A DNA stretch of 64,000 nt from Hypanus sabinus (lineage: Eukaryota), in the NCBI RefSeq assembly GCF_030144855.1, contig NC_082727.1, forward strand, positions 44,516,001 to 44,580,000. The letters run 5' to 3'. The number at the start of each line of letters is the position of its first letter. Position 1 is the stretch's first letter. The position numbers and the translations under genes were made by a program. Below are positions 36,935 through 48,736 of this stretch, piece after piece. Below the pieces are notes generated by a model that was given only the letters and a program-made list of their open reading frames with translations, ran no database searches and was not told the origin of the DNA.

Positions 36935-37668
36935 TGGAGAGGTATAATATGATTAGGAATAGTCAGCATGGGTTTGTCAAGGGCAGGTCATGACTGAATT
37001 TGAGCCTGACTGAATTTTTTGAGGATGTGACTAAACACGTTGATGAAGGAAGAGTAGTAGATGTAATGTATATGGATTTCAGCAAGACATTTGATAAGGT
37101 ACCCCATGCAAGGCTTATCCAGAAAGTAAGGAGGCATGGGATCTAAGGGGACATTGCTTTGGGGATCCATAACTGGCTTGCCCACAGAAGGCAAAGAGTG
37201 GTTGTAGACGGGGCATATTCTGCATGGAGATCAGTCACCAGTGGCGTGCCTCAGGGATCTGCTTTGGGGCCCTTACTCTTCGTGACTTTTATAAATGACC
37301 TGGATATGACCTGGATGAGGAAGTGGAGGGATGGGGTAGTAAGTTTACTGATGACACAAAGATTGGAGGTGTTGTGGATAGTGTGGAGGGCTATCAGAGG
37401 TTACAACGAGACATTAATAGGATGCAAAACTGGGTTGAGAAGTGGCAGATGGAGTTCAACCCAGATAAGTGTGATGTGGTTCATTTTGGTAGGTCAAATA
37501 TGATGACAGAATATAGTATTAATGGTAAGACTCTTGGCAGTGTGGAGGATCAGAGGGATCTTGGGGTACGAGTCCATAGGACGCTCAAAGCAACTGCACA
37601 GATTGACTCTGTGGTTAAGAAGGCATACAGTGTATTGGCCTTCATCAATCATGGGACTGAGTTTAAGA
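36935..37668 (+). mobile_element. CR1 RT fragment, same family as CR1-B
   Basis: [44 protein letters not shown]; reverse-complement match to ~27770-28490. Confidence 0.92.
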
Positions 37669-38235
37669 ATGGAAGGAATGCCATGAATAAAGCAGCTGAA
37701 GATGGTTGGACTGAAGACATTGCCCTACAGTGATGTCCTAGAGCTGAGATGATTGACTGCCAACAGCTACCTTGCTTATGCAAGGTACAGTCAATTATTG
37801 TGACATTTGCCCCTCAATGCCGATTGAGTTCAGCTTTACCAAAGCTCCTTGATGTCATGGGCTATGATGCTCAAATCCTTCATCTCTTAGGGCCACAGAT
37901 AAAATCTCTGATAAGTTCTGGAGCCAAGTTCTCTTGGCAAAAACGGTCAGCAGTCTGTGAGCAGGTGTTACTTGAAGTTAATATCAGCTACAGCTTTTAT
38001 CACTTTGTTGCTGATTGAAATTAGACAAATAGGGCAGGAGATTAAACTAGATATGCTTTGGCTTTTGTGAACAGGTCATAACTCGGCAAACTTCCATGGT
38101 GTCTGGCAGTAGATGCCAGTACTGTAAATGCATTGACAGCTTAGCTGGAGAAGTGACTAATTTTAAAGTGCATATCTGTAGTAGAAATCTTGTAGCCTTG
38201 ACTGTCTCCAGTGCTCTCAGCTATTTCTTGCTAAT
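37669..38235 (-). mobile_element. Old CR1-like RT fragment
   Basis: AAGCAGCTGAAGATGGTTGG (PTIFSCF on the minus strand) and other decayed RT motifs. Confidence 0.55.
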
Positions 38236-38549
38236 ATATTGAATAAATCAAATTTGCCTAGGATTAGTGTCTATAGTAGTGGAGATCTCAGGATCCCTTT
38301 ACATTCATTTTCACATTATTTTGTTAAGAAGAATAATGACATTAAAAGTTCATTGAAATCTGCTGGTTTGTTTATATTTAATGCAACTAATACTAGCCTA
38401 CAAGCTAAAAGAGGTTTTAAAAAGCTGTTCAGCTGTTCATTTGGGAGAGGTCAGTGCTGTTGTTCTCAGACTGAGTCATAAATAGAAGTCTTCAAATAAT
38501 GTGATCCAATGAGATCATAAAGTAACATATTCTGAGGACAAAATGATGA

Positions 38550-38990
38550 AGGAAAAACAGGAAGTACTGGAGATGCTCATCAGCAGCCTATCGAGAGTGA
38601 GAAACAGAGTTTCATTTCAAGTCTATTCGACGAAACTGCAAAAAGTTAAAGATAAGGCTGATTTAATTGGGTGAGAAAGAGAAAGGGAGGGAGGAAAGAA
38701 CAAAGGGGGTTTAGGATGGAAGTTACATTAAATTGGAAAAGGAGTGATGGGTGTGTCTGGTAAATTAGAAATGATAGTGGGATAAATAAGTAGCAAGCAA
38801 TGGGTACAAGGATAAATGACAATCATGGAAATTTTGACATTGTTCAACAAAATGTTGGGTTGGGAATGTAATGTGATGTGTCTGGCTGATTAGAAAATGA
38901 AATGTGGCTCCTCAAGTTTATGTTCAACTCCACTGGGACTGTATAGGAAACTTGGGAATTAGATATCAGACTGGTAGTGAATTATAAAAT
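38550..38990 (-). mobile_element. Strongly decayed Penelope-like 3' end
   Basis: AAACAGGAAGTACTGGAGATGCTCATCAGCAGC head plus a purine-rich arm, as at 7430. Confidence 0.45.
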
Positions 38991-40737
38991 TAATGTTAAG
39001 TGACTGAAAATGTGTGGCATTCACTTGAAGCTTTAACTAAAGCAGTTTGCAAATCTGGATCATGAATGCGGTGTGCTATATTGATTGTTTCAGCTGGGAA
39101 GAGTTGCCTTGCAAAAGGTAGGAAGGAATGATATCGAAGAATAGGTATTTCTGCACAGTATGAGATGGTTTGATAACAACTGAGGAGTGACCCCTGATAC
39201 CAGGGAGGGAACAAACACTCCTCTGGTATCATTGTATGGGTAGGAGAGGGAAATGTTGTTTGATGAGAACATCACACTTGATATAGTGAAACTGGTAAGA
39301 GACGATCTGCTGAAAATAGAGGCTCATAGTGTGGAACATCAGGATAAGGAATGAGTTTCTTGGCTGAATATCAGCCTCAGTGTATTGCACACCAGATATT
39401 GTTATCCTATCCAATGAATTCATCAGTATGAACAGATGGAAATTATACATCATCTGACTGAATACTGCCTGACTCAGTACCATCTTTCTAATTGACTAGT
39501 GTTCTTAGTAAAATGAAAATTCATGGAAACAGCATTTGAACCAGATCAGAGTTTACATAACCTGAGGTCACTTGGAATTCAAGACAATTTTTTGCACTTG
39601 GAAAACTACGTTCAAAGAAATGCAATTCAGATAAGATATCTAGAAAATGTTGGAAAATCCTCCCAAGCCTTATTTCCAGGAAGGTCTGGCAAATGGATAA
39701 AAGGGGGAGGGGGGAATGTGGGGAGCTAGGAAGAAGTAGAGTTCAAGGATACAGAAGTTAAGAGCTACCTCATACCTGAATAGAATCAATCCTTTCATGT
39801 TCATTTCTACAGGAATGAAAGAGAATGCAAGTGACTATAACCGTGGACTAACAAGTAGCTTCTGTTATTTAATTCAAATTACATTCCAATTGTAATGTTC
39901 AATTATATGCAAAGTGGAGGCTCCCAAAGAGGTGTGATTTATACTAATTTATGCTTCAGCTTTCAACAATGGAATGGGCTGATTTGACACGTAGCATGTA
40001 ATTTGGTCTAGATTTGCCAATCACCAACTCTTCTGCTGTGTTATATCTCAATAAACTTACTTTGTTTATCTAACTTCATTAAACACTATATTCAAGCTTG
40101 GTAATAAACTCTACATTAGAGTGTCAAGGTACTGAAAGTGTATGTGCTAACTTTATTTATTTTCGGGTGCATATTTGTGTATATACGTGTAGATACGCTA
40201 CCCAGAGAATTCCAGCACTTGTCAGTAAATCATTTTGTATTAATATATAACTGAAAATCACATAAAGAATTTGACATACATTTGTTCCAGTTTTACTGCC
40301 AGTTCTGAAGGAAGGTCATCACCCTAAAACTTAATTTGGTTTCTATTGCAACAGATGTTGGCTGACCTGTTAAGTGCTTCTAGTGTTTTTTCAAAATTTT
40401 CTGGCAGCAAAGCTTTTTATTCCTGAGAGTTAATGCAAAAATAGTTGTTAGTTGAATAATTTCATTCTCTTTATCCATTGCTGTTGATGGGCTACAAAGA
40501 CCAGCACTCAGACTGTCTGTGGAAGATGTTGGACTTTGTCCTGAAGCAGCCTCTGTCCTCCCTCGGATGGCAGCTTGATGTCAAAGCCAGATTTAGGCCG
40601 GCTCCCCACTCCCATGGCATTGACATAATTGACATAACTCCTTGCTGTCTCTGGGCAGTCCAAGATCACCTGATCTGAACGCTGATCTAACTTGTAGAAA
40701 GATTGCTTTGAAAAGGATAAAATAATCACCGGGGGAG

Positions 40738-41062
40738 GAGCAACATAAAAAGTGCTGGAGGAACTTAACCTACATGAAGGGTCTTGACCTGAGATGTTAC
40801 CTCCCCATGTCCTCCTGTAGAGGCAGCCTGACCTATTGAGTTCCTTCAGTGTTTTATGAGTTGCTACACCTTGTAGCATCTGCAGTCTCTTGTGTCTCCA
40901 CTGGGGGAGGAGGTCCTAGGACAACAGTGATTCGTAATGCAGGATGAACTAGGACTTGAAATATTAACTTCTTGTTTTACACGGGTGCTGCTTGATCTAC
41001 TCAGTGTTTCCAATATGTTCTGGGGTTTTTTTCCCATAGATTCTCAGCATCTGCAGTTTATT
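40738..41062 (+). mobile_element. Penelope-like modules, the first with an inverted partial copy at its 5' end
   Basis: GCAACATAAAAAGTGCTGGAGGAACTT is the inverse of GAGTTCCTTCAGTGTTTTATGAGTTGC. A decayed hammerhead (CATGAAGGGTCTTGACCTGAGATG) lies between. A second module is at ~40960-41060. Confidence 0.65.
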
Positions 41063-41464
41063 TTCTAATTTCATTTACTGAGTGATGTTTACTATTCTTG
41101 CAAGCCCCGAGTAGCACTTTAGTTCTTCTTGACGCCAGATAAAATTACCATTTTGGTTTATATTACTTTTCTGCAATGAGCTTTGTACTTTATAAACGCA
41201 ATTGGATTCCCCAAGATTGCAAGGGATACTTCTTTACTAGAACAAGAGACCTAATGCCCAGTCCATATGAGCAGGCAAAGCAGCCTGAATATGACATCAA
41301 GGAACCGTGATGTCCTCTCTGTGATTCTCAACATCTGGCTACCCTTCCCCACAGACACAAAGCGGGCACCTACCATTTGAAATTCTGACAGATCTCCACC
41401 ACAAAAAGATCGGATTTAAAACTCATTTAATTTGTTGAAGGAAATAACTACTGCCAGTGAAATA

Positions 41465-41720
41465 AGGGCGTCACAGTGGTATGGCACATAGATTCACTTC
41501 TTGATAGCTGTGCGGATCTGAGTTTAATTCTGACATCTGGTGCTACCTATGTGGAGTCCGCAGTTCCCCTGATTGCTGCATACTTCTCAAAGCATCCTTG
41601 TGCTCCTGTTCTCTTCTCATTCATAAGGGTGTGAGGTTTGGAGGGTTAATAAATTGCCTCCTGCAGGTTGGTGGTAGAATTGAAGGGAATGTGGGAAGAA
41701 TTAGTTACAGGGAAATGGCA
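41465..41720 (+). mobile_element. Decayed tRNA-derived SINE
   Basis: GGGCGTCACAGTGGTATGG head; GAGTTTAATTCTGACATCTGGTGCT..TGTGGAGT core. Confidence 0.55.
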
Positions 41721-41849
41721 TTGCTCAATGAGCCAACATTGACTCATTCAACTAAGTGGAAATAGGGAAACATGGATATAATACATGACAGAATGCTAAA
41801 AAAAAAGACTGGCAGGAAGCTGATAGTCCCTTTATCAACCTGTTAGAAT

Positions 41850-42345
41850 ATGTCTATGAAGGTTCTCAGTCACCCAGGTCATTGTGTATCAAGCAGTAGT
41901 AAATCAAGGCAACTGGAGTTGCTGCGTTGTGTCGAAGGCATTTTGCCACTCATCTGAGAGGCTTCATCATTTCTGAACTATAGTGGGTAGTTTTCCGGCT
42001 TATAAACTCTATGAGATGTTTAAAGGCATGGCAATCACATGAAGGTTGTTAGGAGTCATAGAGGTAATGAGAAGGTCATTAATCTTACCTTTGAATGAAT
42101 GAAGGTGTGAACTGTTGAGGAGATGCTGGGGTAAAGGTGTTAGGACTACATTGTAAGTAGCTGATAGGTGACTGTCTCATTACTTCTATGACTCTTATCG
42201 ACCCTCATGTGATTGCTATACTTTAAAACAACTCTCAGAGTTTATCAGCCGGAAAATTACCCACCATGCAACAGAGCTGAAGTAGCCTCTCGGAAGAGGG
42301 GCGAAATGTCTTCCAGACAACACAGCAAGTCCGGTTGCTTAATAT
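41850..42345. mobile_element. Penelope-like inverted-repeat element with a hammerhead relic in each arm
   Basis: Arms 41907-42072 and 42175-42340 are reverse complements. The right arm reads CTGAAGTA-GCCTCTC-GGAA-GAGGGGC-GAAAT-GTC; the left arm (-) reads ATGATGAA-GCCTCTC-AGAT-GAGTGGC-AAAAT-GCC. Confidence 0.8.
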
Positions 42346-42939
42346 AACCTATTAAGGTTCAAGAGCTGATGGGTGGCAGATGCTAATGTTGAGCTATGGC
42401 AGAAAAATAATCTGAATTCCAGATTCATGATTTATGTGGATCATTGGGCAAACATTTTATATTCAAGTGCATTGTGTCTTATGCTGGAAATGCTCATAAC
42501 TAAAGCACTTTCTGTGTGTCTCCCAATGATGGCATTGGCAATGATTTGAAAATTCTGCGTTTCATTTATTGAGAGGAGACATAAGATTAACAAATCTTTA
42601 TGACAAATAAAGCCCACTAACAGCTTAAGTAAACACAGTTGATTTTCTATTGGTGGGTAACTGTTGCTGGGACTTTATATGAGAGGATTTGGAAATTATT
42701 TCAGAACAGGTTCCATTCACTTATCCACCTTGAGGCCAAAACCGAACAGTAAAGCCAGTCACTAAGGACCTCACCATTTGTGAAAATGCCAGCTTAAGAA
42801 AGAGGAACAGGAGCCTGAAGACTCACACTCAACCATTCAGAAACATCTTCTTTCTCTCTGCCACCAGATTTCTGAACAGTCCATAAATCCATGAATACTA
42901 GTTCATTATTAATTTAATTTGCACTATTTATTTATTTTT

Positions 42940-44350
42940 CATCCAGCATTCCTCTTTTGTGAAGATAGTTTAAATATATTCATCAGAACTTTACCATATC
43001 TACCATGTTACCCTTTTGGTCTCTCATAGGTCCTATTCTTTCCATGGTGGTTATTATCTTGTTCTTAAAGAAATTATAACACATCTTTGGGTTTTATTTT
43101 AATTGCTGGCACTTGTATGTCTTCAAGTTTCTCTCCTGATTCAGTATTTCCTACATACTTCTAGGCTTGCTGCTGTATTAACTTCTCAATGTCTGAGTTA
43201 AGATTCCCTTTTTTGCCTTAACTTACCTTTTAACAACTTTGTCCATCAGGCTTGCTAGATTTGGTGATCTCACCCTGGGGGGACATATTTACCTTGAAGC
43301 TCCTTCTTGAATCTCTGCCATTTCTGCATGACAGAGTAATCCTTAAGTAGCTGCATCTACTTTTAGTAAGTCATTCTCATCCTGGTAAAATGTGCTTTCC
43401 CCAGTTCAGAGCATAAATCTTTATGGTACTGTTATCCATTTCCATATCTATACCTAAACTTAACTGAATTATGATCATTGCTACTAAACACTTCCCATCT
43501 GCTGAACTTCATTCCCTAAAAATAAATCCAGACTTTCCATCAATCTGTTTTAGGCCTTGCTAAATGCAAACTGAGGATTTTTTTTCCCTGAATGCAAATT
43601 GCGAATTCTGTATCTTGTTTCTTTCACCCAGCCTGTATCCCTTTTAGTTCTGGGTAATTTAAATCCCATAATTTCTGTCCCATTTTATTAAGTTGTCAAA
43701 TCTTTTACCGTTTCCCTGGACAGCTTAAAGACAAAATATATTCCAGTATATGGTGTTCTGTTCTTTAACTCACCCATAACTCACACATAATGCCTCATTA
43801 GATGATCTTTCAAACATATCATCCTTTTTCCTTGTGTATTGGCTTCTTTAACCAGTATTGTTATATACTGTACATCCCAAATCAAGTTTATACCCCTCTC
43901 TACATCATTTGCAATCCTGTAACTACTGTATAGAACGAGCAGCCCTGTCTTTTTAACTATATATCAATAATTACTAATACTTCACACTCTGCCTTCTATC
44001 ACTGGCTTAACTTATCTGCTTTGTTCACCATTTTACTTCCATTTCAAGTTTAACATTAGGTAGTTCTTACGTTTATTGCTTTTACTAACTACAGACAGTG
44101 CATTTCCAGTTCTGTTTTACTCCCTTTCAAGTTTATGCTTAGACTCCCTACCCTGCCTCGCCAGTTTAAACTCTTCTCAATAGAAGAAACAATGTATATC
44201 CTTTAGTTACCCGCTTTACTTGCCTGAATACATTGCCTCTGTTGTCTGAGGGGCTACCCATCTGGTTCACAGCTTCCAGCTTAGCCTAAACTAGCTGCTA
44301 TGCCCCACAAATCTGCACCTTCTCTTCAGCTGCACCTTCCTCTGCATTAT
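42940..44350 (-). mobile_element. Ancient CR1 endonuclease-region relic
   Basis: Minus-strand remnants of SSNDHN (~43450-43470) and IMG-FNYP (~43650-43672) motifs. Confidence 0.5.
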
Positions 44351-44389
44351 CGTATTTCTTTACCTATTGATCTCCATAGTACAACGGAA

Positions 44390-44735
44390 CAGTGGCACCG
44401 CAGTCAGTGGAGATCTCTCACAACTCCAGTGATACAGGTTTGATGCTGACCTCCAGAGCTGTCTGTGTGGAGCTTAAATGTGACCATGTGATCTCTAATA
44501 AGAGAAGATCAGCAGATGCTGGAAATCCGAGTAACACACACAAAATGCTGGAGGAACTCAGTTGGCCAGGCAGCATCTACGGAAAAGAGTACCATCAATG
44601 TTTTGGGCCGAAACTCTTCAGCAGGACTCAAGGGAATTGATTTCTGCTGAGTTCTGTGATCCCACATCCCAAAGACTTGCTAATTGTTGAGCAAACTGAA
44701 CACTGTAAGTGGAGGAAACTGTGAAAAGAGCTGGG
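44390..44735 (+). mobile_element. tRNA SINE interrupted by a minus-strand Penelope-like module (~44500-44629)
   Basis: Head GTGGCACCGCAGTCAGTGG..GGTTTGATGCTGACCTC..GCTGTCTGTGTGGAG; resumes CCCACATCCCAAAGAC. The insert carries AGTC-CTGCTGA-AGAGTTTCGGCCC-AAAAC-ATT on the minus strand. Confidence 0.7.
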
Positions 44736-45229
44736 GGTGTGCGCATGTATTTCAGTCCAAGTTGAGTTGATTGTCTTTGCGCATGAAGGTTCTGACAACA
44801 CACAGAACGTAAATATACATAAATCATACAAGACAGTGAAGAAAAGAATACACTGTGCAAAACGTAATTGGAAAAATACAATCATAGACAAGTCTGAGAC
44901 AATGCACAGGGCAGTCTGCAGTGTTCCATTGCTGAGATAGGATTAATGTGTACAGGTCAGTTCAAGAACTTAATGGTTGTAGGAAAGTAACTAATCCTGA
45001 ACCTTATGGTGAGGGACTTCAAGTTTCTATGCCTTCTGTCTGATGGTAATAGTGAGAGGAAGGCCATGATGGTGCTAGTGAAAAATGGTAATGTTTTGCA
45101 GGCAGCTTACAAATCTTCTAAGTATATTCCTTCTGAACTATTCTCATTGCAATCTGCAGCCTGTAATTTACCTTTAAGTAATGTACCTTTTGAACCATCT
45201 TAACAAACTAGTGATTCCATGATCTTCAG

Positions 45230-48218
45230 AAGGACTCAGCGAACTAGCCTCTCAAGAGTACAGGTACGGCACCTTTATGTGGACTGAGCTACATTGTCAA
45301 GGCCATAAGCGAGGGAGGACGGGAGGACTCCAAGCTAGACTGAAATGCCAGGGGATGAAACTTCCTCTACTCAGTTTACAGTCACTGCAGAACAAGATTA
45401 AGGACTTGAGGGCAAGTTTGCTCTGTTGGAGAGAAATGAGGAATTGGTGCATTGTGTTTCACAACGACATACCTCAATCTAGACACACCAGATCTGGTAA
45501 TCAGAGGCAAGTCTTCTCAATACACTGGATGGACCAACTGCTGATTTGGAGAAAGCAAAAGGTGGCGGTCTATGCTTCATGATAAACTCTTTCTAGTGCT
45601 GAGACAAAACAGTCTCATCACACTCTTGTTCCCCAACTTGGAACATCTAATGATTAAGTGTCGGCTGTTCTATTTACCAAGTGAGTTCTCCACTCTGATC
45701 CTGATCAGTTTACATACTGCCAAAGGCCAAAGTTAAGCAGACACCCAAGGTACTGAGTGCCACCATCTGCAAACAAGAAACACCGATCCAATGCTTTTCA
45801 AATCATCATGGGGGACTTCAGTCAGGCTTGTTTGAAGAAATCTCTAGGCCCAATTATCATCAACATGCTGTTTCACTCATAACACCAGCGGCCCCAACAC
45901 GCTCGACCTCTGCTATAGTCCATAAGGAAAGCCTACTGTTCGATCCCTAAGCCACATTTTGGGGTATTTGATCATTTGGTTGTCCTCCTCCTCCTATCTG
46001 CATACAGGCAGTGGCTACAGCAAGAGCCCAGAAGTAGGATAGTGAAGAGGCAGAGGAGAGGCTAAGGGATTGCTGCAAGTCAGTGGACCGGACTGTGTTC
46101 AACAGGATCCGAACAAAAACACCATGGTAGTCACAGACTTCATAAAAATAGTTGTAGATGAGTGACTCCTCACAAAATCATTGAGAGTTCTCCCCAGCCA
46201 TGAACTATAGTCATTGAGGCAGTTTATTGAGGGTCAGATCAGTGGTATTCAGCTCTAAGGCTAAATAAAATACAGAAGGTCCACATACAATCTCTGGAAA
46301 GCCATCTTACATGTGAAGTGACAATTCCAGCCCAAGCTTGAGTCACTGAATGATGCACAACAACTGTGCCAGGGCTTGAGTGCTATCACCTCCTACAAAG
46401 TGAACACAAGCGACAAAGGTGACAACAAGGTTTTATTCCCAGCTGAGTTCCATGCCTTTTATGCTCCCTTCAAAACACGGAGGAAATTTCAATAACTTCC
46501 ATAACCTCCTAATGACCCTGGAATTTCAGTCTCTGAGGCCAATGTAAGAGTATCATTCAGGAGGGTGAACCCATGGAAAACATCCTGCCCAGTTGGGGTA
46601 CCTGGCTGAGTATTAAAGACCTGTGCTGATCGACCAGCTGGAGTGTTCATTGATATTTTGAACCTCTCACTTTGCCAGTCTGAATATCCACCTGCTTCAT
46701 ACTGGCTTCAATTATACCAATGCCGAAGGAGAAAGTGGTAAAATGCCTGAATGACTATTGTCCAGTATCACTTGCATCCACTGTGATGAATTGCTTTGAG
46801 AGGTTGGTGATGAAACATATCAACACCTGTCTGAGAAGCCACTTGGATCTGCTCTAATTTGCGTGCCGTCACAACAGGTCAACAACAGATGCCACTTCAT
46901 TGGCTCTTCACTCAACCCTGGAACCTGTGGACAGTGATATGCATACATCAGGATGCTATTTATTGACTACACCTTGGGTTCAATACTGTCATCCCCTCAA
47001 AACTAAACAATATGCTTCAAGACCTTGGTCTTAATACCTTCTAGTGCAACTGGAACCTCTATTTCCTCATTTGCAAATCCCAGTCAGTTCAGATTGACAA
47101 CAACTTCTCCTCCACAATCACCATCAGCGTAGATGCACCACAAAGCTGTGTTCTTAGCTCCCAGCTCTACTCATTTTATATTTATGACTGTGAGGTTAAA
47201 TACAGGTTCAATGCTATATTTAAGTTTGCTGATGACACCACTATCATTGGCCAACTCAAAGGTGAAGACAAATCAGCATATAGGAGGAAGATTGAAAATC
47301 TGACTGAATGATACCACAATGACAACCACTCATTCAATGTCAGCAAAACCAAGGTTATTGACTTCAGGAGGGGGGAACTGGAGGTCCATGAATCAATTCT
47401 CATCAGGTGATCAGAGGTGGAGAGGATCAGCAACTTTAAATTGCTTGGTGTAATCATTTCAGAGGATCTGTCTGGGTCCGGCATGTAAGTGCCATTACAA
47501 AGAAAGCACAGTAGTATCTCTGCTTTCTTAGAAGTTTGTGAAGGTTCGACATGCCACTTAAAACTTTGTCAAACTTCTATAGTGAGTACTGGAGAGTACA
47601 TTGACTGGCTGCACCATGGTCTTGTATGGAGACACAAATGCACTTGAATGAAAAAGCCGACATAAAGGAATGGATACAGCTAGTCCATCACAGGCAAAGC
47701 CCTCCCCACCACTGAGCACACTTACATGGAGCACTTTCGCTGGAAAGCAACATCTATCATTGAGCACCCAACCATTCAGGCCATGGTCTCCTCTTGCTGC
47801 CATCAGGAAGAAGGTACAGCAGCCTCAGGGCCCACACCACCAGGTTCAGGAAGTTATTACCCATCAATCATCAGGCTCTTGAACCAGAAGGGATAACTTT
47901 ACCAAACTTCATTCACCCCATCTCTAAACTGTTCCCACAACCTGTGGACTCACATTTAAGGATTATTCGTCACATGTTCTCGATATTTATTGTTTGTTTA
48001 TTTATTATTAGTATTATGATTTACTTTTCTTTTTGTTTTTGTATTTTCAGTTTGTTTTCTTTTGCACATTGGCTGTTTGTCTGTCTTGTTGGGTGTGGTC
48101 TTTCAAATATTCTATCTTGTTTTTTGTATTTACCACGAATGCCCTAAAGACAATGAATCTCAAGGTTGTATATGGTGACTTGTGTATATACGTTGATAAA
48201 ATATTTTGAATTTTGACC
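45230..48218 (+). mobile_element. Near full-length decayed Rex1/Babar ORF2 and tail
   Basis: IMGDFSQA, CLNDYCPVSL, FIDY, FKFADDT, KFLG and tail GAATCTCAAGGTTGTATATGG...TTTGAATTTTGA. Confidence 0.9.
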
Positions 48219-48736
48219 TTGCTGGTGGAAATCCTTGATGATAAATGCTGTCTCCTTGAGGCAGTGCCTGCTGTAGATGCTTTCAATGGATCCATGAGAT
48301 TTTTTTAAATATCAGCAATATTAATGTAGATCACAACCTAGAATCATGGTGTCATACAGCACAGAAGAACGTCCTTCAGCAGGCCAAGCCCACACAAACA
48401 AAGAAGCACTCATTAAATCTGTGCTAATCCCATTTTGTTCCTGTTATATTTCCAATAATTCCTCCAGATTCCTGCACACCAGGGCTGGTGGCTATTAAAC
48501 CTATTTGTCTCTGACTGCTTTATCCTCCCTCTCCAGCTGCTCACAGACATACTCAACATTGCCACCGAGGAGGCAGTGTACATCCTGAAATTTCTGCAGA
48601 TATTTGGGATGCTTCCCAAACTATGAACAAACTTAACTAAAGTGCTTCTGACCTTCCTCCTCCTCTCTGATGTAGTGGAATCACTCCTGGAGATGGGGAT
48701 CCGATGTTACAGGCAGGTGAATGGGAATGCTGCTAC

